From Myxococcota bacterium (GTDB lineage Bacteria; Myxococcota_A; UBA9042; PHBI01; JAWLBL01): a DNA stretch of 64,000 nt. The stretch is taken from assembly GCA_041687695.1 (NCBI GenBank), contig JAWLBL010000003.1, positions 55,660 through 119,659 of the forward strand. Direction: 5' to 3'. Below are positions 1-10,693 of the stretch, in pieces. Positions within the stretch are counted from its first letter, which is position 1. Every line of letters begins with the position of its first letter. Made by a program: the position numbers and the translations under genes. Under the pieces are notes generated by a model that was not told where the DNA came from, did no database searches, and saw only the letters and a program-made list of their open reading frames with translations.

Positions 1-1621
1 CCAACAGGCACGTGCCGCGCTCGATGAGCTCGTCGAGGGGCGGCCTGTGGTCGTCGGGCGAGGTGACCCGCACCTGGCCGAGGGGGCCGCCGAAGAGGGC
101 CGTCGTGAGCGTCGTGGGGTCGCCGGGGCGCTGCATGAACAGGCGCTCGCTCTCGAGCGGACGGGCCATGAAGGCGCAGTCGGGGTAGCGGGCCATCACC
201 TCGAGGAGGTAGCGGCCCTCGATCTGCAGGTTCTGGGCGAGCGGCGAGGGGGCGCCGGGCCTCGCGTCGGCGACGCTGTCGCCGGGGAGCAAGGACTTGC
301 GGGGCGTGACGAACGCCAGCGGGACGAGGGCGAGGACGGCGAGGCGGCGCCAGGCGGGGGGCCAGGCGCGTCGCAGGGCGAGGGCCTCGAGCTCGCGCCA
401 GCCGAAGACGGCCAGGAGCAGGGCGAAGGGGAGCAGGTTCATCAGGTAGCGCGCCATCTCGAAGGCGGCCGTGCCCTGGTGGGCGCCGTCGTGATAGGCG
501 CGGTAGACGACGACGAGGGCGAAGGGGGCGAGGCCGAAGGGGAGGAGCTTGCGCAGGGCGTGGGCGAGGCCGAGCAGGACGAGGGCGACGCCGGGCAGCG
601 GGAGGAACGTGGCGAGGTCGCTCGGGAGGCGGAGGAAGCTCGGGTTGAGGGGGCTGAGGGCGGCGCCCCCGTAGCCGAAGGCGTCGAGGTGGAGGAGCAG
701 ACTGACGGCCGCGAGGGCGAGGCCGACGGCGACGAGGCGGGGCGCGGGGCCCAGGGCGAGGGCCTTCAGGCGCATCCAGAGGGCGTCGGCGGCGGCCTGG
801 ACGCGGGCGTCGCCCCAGCGGAGGCAGGCGAGCTGGGTGAGCGTGAGGCCGAGGCCGAAGGCGGCGAGCTCCAGGCGCGTCGTGGCCAGCAGGGTCGTGA
901 GCAGCAGGAGCGTGGCGGTCGCGAGGGGGCGGGCCCGGTGGTCGGAGGGGTGCTCGAACAGGGCCACGGCGGGGAGGGTGAGCAGGGCGAGGAGGGCGAC
1001 GAGGGGCGACGGGGCGGTCGAGAGGGCGCCGAACAGGGTGGCGTCGTTGAGGCCGAGGCCGAGCGTGAAGAGGGCGGCGAGCCACCAGCGGCCCAGAACG
1101 TGCCAGGACACGCCGAAGAGGCCGATGAGCCAGAGGCCCGTCAGCAGGAGCTGGCCCTGGATGAGCTCGACGACGGCTGGATCGGCGGCGGCGCTGAGGG
1201 CTTCGGTCACCCAGCGCGGCGTCGGGCCGCTGTGGAAGTTGCGGCCGTGGACGAGGTTCAGGGTCTGGAGGGTCGTGCCTTCCTGAAGGAGCGTGACGTG
1301 CTCGGGGCCGAGGGCGAGGCCGGGGATGAAGGCCCAGGCGGCGGCCCAGGCCGCGGCGAGGCCCAGGGTCAGCGCGACGCGGCGGCGGCGCGTCCGGTCG
1401 CCGCGGGCCCACCGGTCGAGGCAGAGGCCGGCGCCGAGGAGGGCCGGGGCGACGCAGGCGGTCAGGGCGAGGTCGACCCACGTGGGGTCGGCGTCGCGAC
1501 CTGTCGTGAGGAAGGTCACGACGCCGCCAAGGGCCGCGACGAGCGGGAGCGCGAGCGGCGCGGGCGGAGGGCCAGGCGGCGAGCCGGATTGGGCGCGTGA
1601 GTGGTCGGCGGCGAGGGTCAC
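1..1621 (-). CDS. Multi-pass membrane protein, GT-C-like (ArnT/PMT-type glycosyltransferase candidate), 3' end runs off the window
   Basis: Not in the ORF track. Manual minus-strand translation from GTG at 1621 (partly read) gives long hydrophobic segments (e.g. LLLTGLWLIGLFGVSWHVLGRWWLAALFTLGLG; ARYLMNLLPFALLLAVFG) and then a soluble tail. It is divergent from sugar-nucleotide genes. The + ORF 47..1600 is its shadow. Confidence 0.6.
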   Translation of the reverse strand, partial: MTLAADHSRAQSGSPPGPPPAPLALPLVAALGGVVTFLTTGRDADPTWVDLALTACVAPALLGAGLCLDRWARGDRTRRRRVALTLGLAAAWAAAWAFIPGLALGPEHVTLLQEGTTLQTLNLVHGRNFHSGPTPRWVTEALSAAADPAVVELIQGQLLLTGLWLIGLFGVSWHVLGRWWLAALFTLGLGLNDATLFGALSTAPSPLVALLALLTLPAVALFEHPSDHRARPLATATLLLLTTLLATTRLELAAFGLGLTLTQLACLRWGDARVQAAADALWMRLKALALGPAPRLVAVGLALAAVSLLLHLDAFGYGGAALSPLNPSFLRLPSDLATFLPLPGVALVLLGLAHALRKLLPFGLAPFALVVVYRAYHDGAHQGTAAFEMARYLMNLLPFALLLAVFGWRELEALALRRAWPPAWRRLAVLALVPLAFVTPRKSLLPGDSVADARPGAPSPLAQNLQIEGRYLLEVMARYPDCAFMARPLESERLFMQRPGDPTTLTTALFGGPLGQVRVTSPDDHRPPLDELIERGTCLL

Positions 1622-1742
1622 GGGGCGAGCATATGCAAGGGGTGCGACGGGGCCAAGGGCAGCCCGGGGGGGCGACGGGGGGCGTGCCGAGGCGGCGGGG
1701 GGCCGTTGCGGGGAGCCTCGAGGGTCCCTAAGCTGGCGGGTC

Positions 1743-3860
1743 ATGGGGGGAAACAACGGGGGGGAGCGGGTCCTCGTCACGGGGGGCGCCGGGTTCATCG
1801 GGGCGGCGCTGACGCGGCGGCTGCTCACCGAAGGGTGCCGGGTCGTGGTGGCCGACGTGGGCGGGTTCGAGCGGCTGGCGGAGGTCGGCGGCGAGGTCGA
1901 GCGGGTCACGGCCGATGTGGGCGACGCGGCGGCGATGGACGCGCTGGTGGCGCAGGTGGATCGGGTGGCGCACCTGGCGGCGGTGGTCGGGGTGGCCGAG
2001 TACGTGACGCGGCCCGACGAGGTGCTGGAGACCAACGTCCTGGGGACGCGCAACGTGCTGCGGGCGTGCGCGCGGCGCGGGCGGCCCGTGCTGGTGGCCA
2101 GCACCAGCGAGGTCTACGGCAAGAGCGGGGTGCTGCTGGAGGAGGCGGGGTCCAGCGTCCTGGGGCCGGCGACCACGCCGCGCTGGAGCTATGCGGTGTC
2201 CAAGGCGGCGGGCGAGGCCTGGGCGGCCGCGCTGGGGCGGCGCGGGCTGGACTTCACGCTGGTGCGCTACTTCAACGTGTACGGGCCGCGCATGGACGCG
2301 CCGGGCGAGGGGCGGGTCATCAGCCGCTTTCTGGGGGCGCTGCAGGCGGGCGAGCCGTTGCCGCTGGTGGACGGCGGACGCGCGGTGCGGGCCTTCTGCT
2401 ACGTCGACGACGCGGTCGAGGCCACGGCGCGGCTGCTGCTCGGCCTGGCGCCGGGGGCGGCGCACCATCGGGCCATCGTCAACGTCGGCCGCGACGAGCC
2501 GGTCACCATCCGTGACCTGGCCGAGCGCATGGTCGCGCTGTCGGGCCACCGCGCGGGCGTGATCGAGCGCTCGGGCGAGGCGGTCTTCGGGGCCGGGTTC
2601 GAGGAGATCCCGCGGCGCTTGCCCGACCTGCGGCGGCTCGAGGCGGCCACCGGCTTCGTCGCGCGCGTGTCGCTGGACGAGGGGCTGCGTCGCGTGCTGG
2701 ACCACTGGGGGCTGCTGGCCGAGGCGGCGTCGGCCCCGCCGCGCCCGACGCTGCCCGCGATCCGGCCCGCGCTGGCGCCGAGCGAGCGGCTGGTCCAGCG
2801 CCTGACCGACGCCCTGGCCAGCGGCCGCGTCAGCAACGACGGCCCGCTGGCGACGACGCTCGAGGCGTCGCTGACCCTGGCGCTGGGCGCGCCCGACGGC
2901 GCCCTGGTCGGGTCGGGCAGCGCGGCCCTTCTCCTGGCGATGCTGGCCTTGCGCCTCGGTCCGGGCGCGGCCCTGGTGCCCTCGTTCACCTTCGCCGCCA
3001 GCGCCTCGGCGGTCGTCCACGCCGGCCTGCGGCCCGTCTTCTGCGACGTCGACCCCCGCACCTGGACGCTGTGCCCCGACGCCGTGGCCGCGGCCCTGGC
3101 GCGCACCCCCGACGTCCGCGCCATCGTGGCCGTCAACGCCTACGGCGTCCCGCCCGACCTCGCGCGCCTGGCCGCCCTGGCGCGCAGCGTGGGCGCTGCG
3201 CTGGTCTACGACGCGGCCCACGGCCTGGGCACCGAGGTCGGCGGCCGGCGCTTCGATCCGGCGCCGGACTTCACCTGCTACAGCCTGCACGCGACCAAGG
3301 TGCTGGCGGCCGTGGAGGGGGGCCTCGTGGTCGGCGCGGACCCGACGCGGATGGCCGAGGTGCGGCGCCTGCGAGGCCACGGGAAGGCCGCCGACCCGCT
3401 CGCCTCGGGGCCGGGCCTCAACGCCCGCATGTCCGAGCTGCACGCCGCGGTCGGCCTCGAGTCGCTCGACCGCCTGCCCGAGCACCTGGCGAGCCGGGGC
3501 GTGGCCGCTGGGCGCCTGCGCGCGGCCGCCTCGGCGACCGGGCGGTTCACGCTGCAGCGCCTGCCCGACGACGTGCGCACCAACCACCAGAACCTGGCCG
3601 TGCTGTGGGCCGCGCCGGACCGCGCGCCGACCGAGGCCGTCGTGGCCGCCTTCGCGCGCCGAGGCGTCGAGGCGCGGCGCTATTTCTGGCCGCCCCTGCA
3701 CCGGATGCCGGCCTGGCGCGCGCCGACCGGGGATCTGAGCGTGACCGACGACATCGCCGAGCGCGTCCTCTGCCTGCCGCTGTACAGCCGCATGCGGCAG
3801 GACGAGGTCGCCGCCGTCGAGGCGGCCATCGCCGAAGTGGCCCGCGAGCTGGCGCCGTGA
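1743..3860 (+). CDS. Fusion: NAD-dependent epimerase/UDP-GlcA decarboxylase-like SDR + DegT/DnrJ/ArnB-type PLP aminotransferase
   Basis: N-half has TGGAGFIG, STSEVYG, RWSYAVSK (YxxxK) and RYFNVYGPR. C-half has PSFTFAAS, PVFCDVD, YDAAHG, SLHATK (PLP Lys), GLNARMSE and LCLPLY. Start placed at ATG 1743. Confidence 0.9.
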   Translation: MGGNNGGERVLVTGGAGFIGAALTRRLLTEGCRVVVADVGGFERLAEVGGEVERVTADVGDAAAMDALVAQVDRVAHLAAVVGVAEYVTRPDEVLETNVLGTRNVLRACARRGRPVLVASTSEVYGKSGVLLEEAGSSVLGPATTPRWSYAVSKAAGEAWAAALGRRGLDFTLVRYFNVYGPRMDAPGEGRVISRFLGALQAGEPLPLVDGGRAVRAFCYVDDAVEATARLLLGLAPGAAHHRAIVNVGRDEPVTIRDLAERMVALSGHRAGVIERSGEAVFGAGFEEIPRRLPDLRRLEAATGFVARVSLDEGLRRVLDHWGLLAEAASAPPRPTLPAIRPALAPSERLVQRLTDALASGRVSNDGPLATTLEASLTLALGAPDGALVGSGSAALLLAMLALRLGPGAALVPSFTFAASASAVVHAGLRPVFCDVDPRTWTLCPDAVAAALARTPDVRAIVAVNAYGVPPDLARLAALARSVGAALVYDAAHGLGTEVGGRRFDPAPDFTCYSLHATKVLAAVEGGLVVGADPTRMAEVRRLRGHGKAADPLASGPGLNARMSELHAAVGLESLDRLPEHLASRGVAAGRLRAAASATGRFTLQRLPDDVRTNHQNLAVLWAAPDRAPTEAVVAAFARRGVEARRYFWPPLHRMPAWRAPTGDLSVTDDIAERVLCLPLYSRMRQDEVAAVEAAIAEVARELAP

Positions 3861-4720
3861 GCGAGGTCGCGCTGTCGGTGGTGGTCCCGGTCTTCAACGA
3901 GGGGCCCATCCTGCAGGCCCTCGTGAGCCGGCTCGAGGCCGCGCTGCGCGACCCGGCCCTCGGGGCCGAGGGCCCGACCGAGCTGATCCTGGTCGACGAC
4001 GCCTCGACCGACGGCAGCGGCGACGCTCTGGCCGCCCTGCAGGCCGAAGGGCGCCTCGCGCACCTGCGGCTGCCTCGCAACCGCGGCCAGTGGGGGGCCA
4101 CCCGCGCCGGGCTGCAGGCGGCCCGCGGCCGGTGTGTGGCCGTGCTGGACGGCGACCTGCAGGACCCGCCCGAGCTCCTGCCCCAGGTCTTCGCCGCCCT
4201 GCGCGGCCGGCCCGACCTCGAGGTCGCCTTCGCGGTGAAGGCCTCGCGCGACGACCCGGCCTGGTTCCTGCTGGGCCACCGGGTCTTCTCGCTGGCGCAG
4301 GCCGCGCTCGGCGCCGCCGCCCCGCCCCGCGGGGCCGGCAGCTACTGCGTGATGCGCCGTCCGCTGGCCCAGGCGGTCGCCCGGGTCCCGCTGCGCCAGG
4401 CCAACCTGGCGGCGCTGGTCGCCGCGGCCCGCGCGCGCGGGGCGACCGTCCCCTACGACAAGGCGGCCCGCTACGACGAGCGCTCGCGCGTCGGCCCCTG
4501 GGGCCTGGCCCGCGAGGCCGTCGGCTCGATGCTGGTCACCGGCGCCTTGGAGCGCCTGGCCCTCGCCGCCGGCGTCACCGCCCTGCTGACCGGCGCCGCC
4601 ACCACGCCCGTCGCCCCGCCGCTGGGGCTCGGCCTGGCGCTGGGAGGCCTGGCGCTGACCGGGACCGGCCTCGCCCTCCGCCACCGCCGCAGCGCGCTCC
4701 GCGCCGCGCTGGTCCGCTAG
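3857..4720 (+). CDS. GT2 polyprenol-phosphate glycosyltransferase (ArnC/GtrB/DPM-like)
   Basis: SVVVPVFNEG, LVDDASTDGS, RNRGQ, DGDLQDPPE and two C-terminal TM helices. GTGA overlap with the upstream stop. Confidence 0.9.
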   Translation: MSEVALSVVVPVFNEGPILQALVSRLEAALRDPALGAEGPTELILVDDASTDGSGDALAALQAEGRLAHLRLPRNRGQWGATRAGLQAARGRCVAVLDGDLQDPPELLPQVFAALRGRPDLEVAFAVKASRDDPAWFLLGHRVFSLAQAALGAAAPPRGAGSYCVMRRPLAQAVARVPLRQANLAALVAAARARGATVPYDKAARYDERSRVGPWGLAREAVGSMLVTGALERLALAAGVTALLTGAATTPVAPPLGLGLALGGLALTGTGLALRHRRSALRAALVR

Positions 4721-6270
4721 AGGATCGGCGTCTTCGGGAAGTCCTCGCGGCCGCGCACGGCGTCCTCGAGGGCGACCATGGCGGCCAGGACCAGGTCCTC
4801 GCGGAAGGGCCTGGCGACGACCTGCACGCCCACCGGCAGCCCGGCCGAGCCGGCCTCGACCAGGGCGGCCTTCTTCTCGAGCCGGTCGCGCGCGTCGGGG
4901 CGCGCGGTCTCGTCGGGGCGCACCCGGGTGACGCCGACCACGCCGGCCGGGAAGTTCAGCAGGTTGTAGCGCATCGAGTACGAGCCGGCCGGGCTGAACT
5001 CGTCGAAGTGGCCGTGGCCCAGGGCCGGCGTGACGTGCGCCGGGCAGAGCACCACGTCCACCCCGGCCTGGTTCCAGGCGGCCAGCACGCGCTGGCGCAG
5101 GCTGGAGCGCTGGCCCGACAGCTGCCAGTAGCGCGTGACGGGCTTTTCGCCCAGGTTCGACAGGATGCCCTGCACGCGCCACTCGCCCTTCATGCCCATC
5201 ACCGTGGCGGCGGCCTGGCGGATCAGCGTCGGCAGGCTGTTGGTGCGCACCAGGCCCTTGAGCTGCTCGATGGGCGGCTCGCCCTGAAGGCGCGCCCGCA
5301 CGGTGGCGCCGCCGTCGCTCGACAGCGCCGCGAAGTAGACCTCCATCAGCTCGCGCTGCGCCGGCGGTGTGAACTCGACCACCGTCGCGCCGGCCGCCTC
5401 GAGCGCCCGGGCCGCCTCGCGCACGCCGCGCGCCTGCGACGCCGCGGCCGCCAGGTAGCCGTCGTCCACGTAGAAGCCGACCCTCAGCCCTCGCACGTCG
5501 ACGCCCGCCGGGTCGGCCGTCGGCAGCGGCGCCGTGTGGGGGTCGTGCTCGGCGTGCAGCGGCGAGTCGATGGCCCGGAACAGCAGCGCCACGTCGCGCG
5601 CCGTCCGCGCCATCGGCCCGCACTGCCCGCGCACGATCTCCTGGCCCATCATCGCCGTGTGCGAGCCGATGTTCGACCAGCGGTCCAGCGTCGGCTTGAG
5701 CCCCGCGATGCCGCAGAAGGCCGCCGGCACGCGGATGGAGCCGCCGATGTCGGTGCCGACCCCCCAGGGGCTCATCCCGGCCGCGATGGCCGCCGACTCG
5801 CCGCCGCTGGACCCGCCGGGGACGCGGTCCAGGTTCCACGGGTTCTTCGTGCAGCCCCAGATGGGGTTGTCGGTCTCGTGGCAGAGCAGCAGCTGGGGCA
5901 CGTTGGTCTTGCCCAGCACGATGGCGCCGGCCTCGCGCAGCAGGCGCACGGTCACCGCGTCCGTCTGCTCGATCTGCTTCAGCCGGTTCTTGATGCCCAG
6001 CGTCACCGGGTGCCCGGCGGTGGCCATCGACTCCTTGATGCTGATCGGCACCCCGTGCAGCGCCGGCAGCGCCTCGCCCCGCGCCCGCCGCGCGTCGGCC
6101 TCCCGCGCCTGGGCCAGCGCCTGCTCGTCGAAGCGGTGCACATAGGCCCCGACCCGCCCGTCCACCGCGTCGATGCGGTCCAGGTAGGCGCGCACCGCCT
6201 CCTCGGACGACACCTCGCCCGACCGGATGTGCCCCGCCAGCTCGCTCGCCGTCAGCTCGTGAATCTTCAT
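4717..6270 (-). CDS. Amidase-signature family enzyme (FAAH-like)
   Basis: GVPISIKE, GKTNVPQ, PGGSSGGE and GTDIGGSIRVP (Ser-cisSer-Lys triad context). Start MKIHEL at 6270. Confidence 0.92.
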   Translation of the reverse strand: MKIHELTASELAGHIRSGEVSSEEAVRAYLDRIDAVDGRVGAYVHRFDEQALAQAREADARRARGEALPALHGVPISIKESMATAGHPVTLGIKNRLKQIEQTDAVTVRLLREAGAIVLGKTNVPQLLLCHETDNPIWGCTKNPWNLDRVPGGSSGGESAAIAAGMSPWGVGTDIGGSIRVPAAFCGIAGLKPTLDRWSNIGSHTAMMGQEIVRGQCGPMARTARDVALLFRAIDSPLHAEHDPHTAPLPTADPAGVDVRGLRVGFYVDDGYLAAAASQARGVREAARALEAAGATVVEFTPPAQRELMEVYFAALSSDGGATVRARLQGEPPIEQLKGLVRTNSLPTLIRQAAATVMGMKGEWRVQGILSNLGEKPVTRYWQLSGQRSSLRQRVLAAWNQAGVDVVLCPAHVTPALGHGHFDEFSPAGSYSMRYNLLNFPAGVVGVTRVRPDETARPDARDRLEKKAALVEAGSAGLPVGVQVVARPFREDLVLAAMVALEDAVRGREDFPKTPIL

Positions 6271-6370
6271 GGCCGCAGCATTCCACGCCGCGCGCCCGCT
6301 GTCAGCTGGATCGGGCCGGATGGAGGTTGGGACGCGATGTGTTAGGTTCGGTGCGCCCTGGAGGTTGTCC

Positions 6371-6940
6371 ATGTACCAGCCCATGACTGTCCCCGCCGCA
6401 TACCGGGTTGGCTGGCGCGAGTGGCTGGCTTTGCCCGAGACCCATCTCTTCTGTGAGATCCTGGATGGCGAGGTTCACATGTCACCGGCTCCCAGCGTTC
6501 TGCATCAGACGGTGGCCGGCGAGTTGTTTGCACGCCTGCGGGAGCACGTCCGTTCCGGCGACCTCGGGCGCGTCTTCATCGCACCGCTCGGGGTGAGGTT
6601 GAGTGAAGAGGACGTGGTCGAGCCCGACGTGGTCGTCGTGCTTCGGCCTCATCTATCCAGGATCGCAGAGGCTGGCTTGCTCGGAGCACCCGATCTGGTC
6701 GTCGAAGTCCTGTCACCGGGAACCGCCGGTCGGGACCTCGGGATCAAGCGTCGCCTCTACGAGCGTTACGGAGTCCCCGAGTACTGGATCGCCGATCCCC
6801 ATGCGCGCGTGGTCGAGGTCTTGTCCCTCACCGGCACGGGGTACAAGCAGGCTGGCCTGTTCCGGCGCGAGGACGCTCTGACCTCGCCGCTGCTGCCCGG
6901 CCTCGAGATCCCGCTGGGCGAGGTCTTCCCCGCCGAGTGA
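6371..6940 (+). CDS. Uma2 family PD-(D/E)xK endonuclease
   Basis: EILDGEVHMSPAPSVLHQ, EPDVVV, PDLVVEVLSPGT and KRRLYERYGVPEYWIAD. GGAGG precedes ATG 6371. Confidence 0.92.
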   Translation: MYQPMTVPAAYRVGWREWLALPETHLFCEILDGEVHMSPAPSVLHQTVAGELFARLREHVRSGDLGRVFIAPLGVRLSEEDVVEPDVVVVLRPHLSRIAEAGLLGAPDLVVEVLSPGTAGRDLGIKRRLYERYGVPEYWIADPHARVVEVLSLTGTGYKQAGLFRREDALTSPLLPGLEIPLGEVFPAE

Positions 6941-7002
6941 GCTTGGAGGCGAGCCGCCCCGAGTGCTAGCTTGGCCGCCTCTCTCTCCCAAAGAGGCGGC
7001 GC

Positions 7003-8655
7003 ATGCGCGTGGTGGCGAAGGGTTGTCGTGTGCTCGGGGTGGTCGCCGGCCTGGGGCTGGCCGCGTGTTCGGGCGATGCCCAGGTCCAGAGCGTCGCGGA
7101 CGTCGACGCCGCCGAGACGCCGGACGAGGGCGACGCGGCCGACGACGCTTCGGATGACGCGCCGGACGCCAAGGAGCCGCTGGCCGAGTACCAGTTCCCG
7201 CCGGGGTTCCTGTTCGGCACCGCCGTGGCCGGCTTCCAGGTCGACATGGGCTGCCCGACCCTGCCCGCCAGCGAGTGCGAGGACCCCAACAGCGACTGGT
7301 ACCAGTTCGTCACCTCGCCGGTGACGCTCGAGTCGGCCCAGACCTACCTGGCCGGCCACCCGCCCAGCGACGGCCCCGGCTTCTGGGAGCTGTTCGAGGC
7401 CGACCTGGACCGCGCCGCGGACGAGCTGAACACCAACGCCTTCCGCTTCAGCCTCGAGTGGAGCCGCATCTTCCCGAACGCGACCGACGCCCTCGACGGC
7501 TACGACGCCCTGAAGGCCGCCGCCGACCCGGACGCCCTGGCCAGGTACCACGCCATCCTGGACGCCGCCCGCGCCCGCGGCCTGGACCCGCTCGTCACCA
7601 TCAACCACTACACGCTGCCCACCTGGATCCACGACGGCCCCGGCTGCCACGCCGATCTGGCCGGCTGCTCGCCCCGCGGCTGGCTCGACAAGGACCGCAC
7701 CGTCACCGAGATCGCCAAGTTCGCCGGCTTCGCCGCCCGCGAGTTCGGCGCCAAGGTCGACCGCTGGGCCACCCTGAACGAGCCCTTCGCGGTCCTCTTG
7801 CCCGGCTACATCTTCCCCAGCGCCGAGCGCACCAACCCGCCGGCCCGCCTGATGGCGTTCGACGAGGCCAAGGTCGTCTTCGCCGCCCTGGTCGAGGCCC
7901 ACGCCCGCATGTACGACGCGGTCAAGGCCGCCGACACCGTCGACGCCGACGCCGACGGGGCCGCCTCGCTGGTCGGCGTCGTCTACGGCGCCGCCGCCAC
8001 CGGCCCCAAGGACCCCACCAGCGCCCTCGACAAGGTCGCCGCCGAGAACGTCTTCTACCTGTGGAACATGGCCTACATGAACGCGGTCGTCCTGGGCCAG
8101 TACGACGGCGAGCTGGACGGCACCGCGGTCCCCCGCGCCGATCTGCAGGGCCGCATGGACTACCTGGGCATCAACTACTACACGCGCACCATGGTCGAGG
8201 GCACCGAGGGCGCGACCCTGCCGGATCTGTCGCCGCTGACGACCTTCAACCCGCTGGGCATCTCGGCCTTCAACGACGACCCGCAGGGCCTGCACGAGCT
8301 GATGATGCGCCTGACCGACGCCTTCCCGGGCGTGCCCATCGTCATCACCGAGAACGGCTCGTTCGCCCCCGAGGACAACGGCCCCGAGTACGTCGTGCAG
8401 CACCTGGCCTGGCTGTGGCGCGCCATCCGCGACGGCGCCGACGTGCGCGGCTACTTCTACTGGACCCTGCTCGACAACTACGAGTGGAACCACGGGATGG
8501 ACATCCGCATGGGGCTGTACGCCGTCGGCGACGCGCAGGACAAGCCCCGCACCGCCCGGGCCCACGCCGCCGTCTACGCCCGCATCGCCGACGAGGGCGC
8601 CATCCCTGCGGATCTGGCCGCGCAGCACGGCCCGCCCGAGGAGCCCGCCGAATGA
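7003..8655 (+). CDS. Glycoside hydrolase family 1 (beta-glucosidase-like) lipoprotein
   Basis: Lipobox LAAC, then FPPGFLFGTA, FRFSLEWSRIFP, TLNEP (acid/base), ITENG (nucleophile) and WTLLDNYEW. Confidence 0.93.
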   Translation: MRVVAKGCRVLGVVAGLGLAACSGDAQVQSVADVDAAETPDEGDAADDASDDAPDAKEPLAEYQFPPGFLFGTAVAGFQVDMGCPTLPASECEDPNSDWYQFVTSPVTLESAQTYLAGHPPSDGPGFWELFEADLDRAADELNTNAFRFSLEWSRIFPNATDALDGYDALKAAADPDALARYHAILDAARARGLDPLVTINHYTLPTWIHDGPGCHADLAGCSPRGWLDKDRTVTEIAKFAGFAAREFGAKVDRWATLNEPFAVLLPGYIFPSAERTNPPARLMAFDEAKVVFAALVEAHARMYDAVKAADTVDADADGAASLVGVVYGAAATGPKDPTSALDKVAAENVFYLWNMAYMNAVVLGQYDGELDGTAVPRADLQGRMDYLGINYYTRTMVEGTEGATLPDLSPLTTFNPLGISAFNDDPQGLHELMMRLTDAFPGVPIVITENGSFAPEDNGPEYVVQHLAWLWRAIRDGADVRGYFYWTLLDNYEWNHGMDIRMGLYAVGDAQDKPRTARAHAAVYARIADEGAIPADLAAQHGPPEEPAE

Positions 8656-9126
8656 ACCCCACCTACAAACCCGAGCAGCGCAAGGTCCCCGGCCACATCT
8701 ACACCCCGGCCGGCTGGATGCTGGGCACCTTCCACGTCCCCAAGCGCGGCCAGTTCGTCGAGTACCTTCGGAACACGACCGGCTTCTTCCCGCTGACCGA
8801 GGTCACCCTGACCGGCAGCACCCAGAAGGTCCCCTTCTTCGCGCTGCAGCGAAGCGCGGTGCTGCTCATCGTGCCCCATCCGTCCGAGTCGCTCGGTCAG
8901 GCCGACGGCAACGGTGGCCCCGCGCTGGTGCAGCGCCCCGTCTCGTGCCTGCTCGACGCCGGCGTGGTCCACGGCACGCTCGAGCTGGGCCGCCAGATGC
9001 GCACCTCGGACTACCTGGTCAGCCACACCGGCTTTCTGGTCCTGCGCCAGGTGACCCTGCTGCTGGCCGGGCCGCAGGGCACGCTGGATCAGCGCTTCCC
9101 GACCTTGCTGGTCAACAGCGCGCGCG

Positions 9127-9155
<29 letters not shown>
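8652..9155 (+). CDS. Small hypothetical protein with two internally similar halves (DUF6812-like)
   Basis: ATGA overlap with the GH1 stop. The halves GTFHV..FFPLTEVTL and GTLEL..FLVLRQVTL resemble each other. Confidence 0.65.
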
Positions 9156-10509
<1,354 letters not shown>

Positions 10510-10693
10510 GGGCGAGGCTCCTCTCCTTCGGCCGCGAGGGGCGGGACCGTCACCCCAGCTGCTGGGGGGGACCTCCTCGGCGGCGGCTGCGAAGGGAGTA
10601 GGGAGAGCGAGCCCATCGAAACAGGTGGCGGGCGGTCGGTCAAACCAGGGGAGGGCCAGGGGTGTAAGCACCCGGAATACGGACGCTACGGCG

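Noticed and set aside
47..1600. 517-aa + strand ORF
   Set aside because: E/G-rich antisense shadow of the minus-strand membrane protein. No recognisable motifs.
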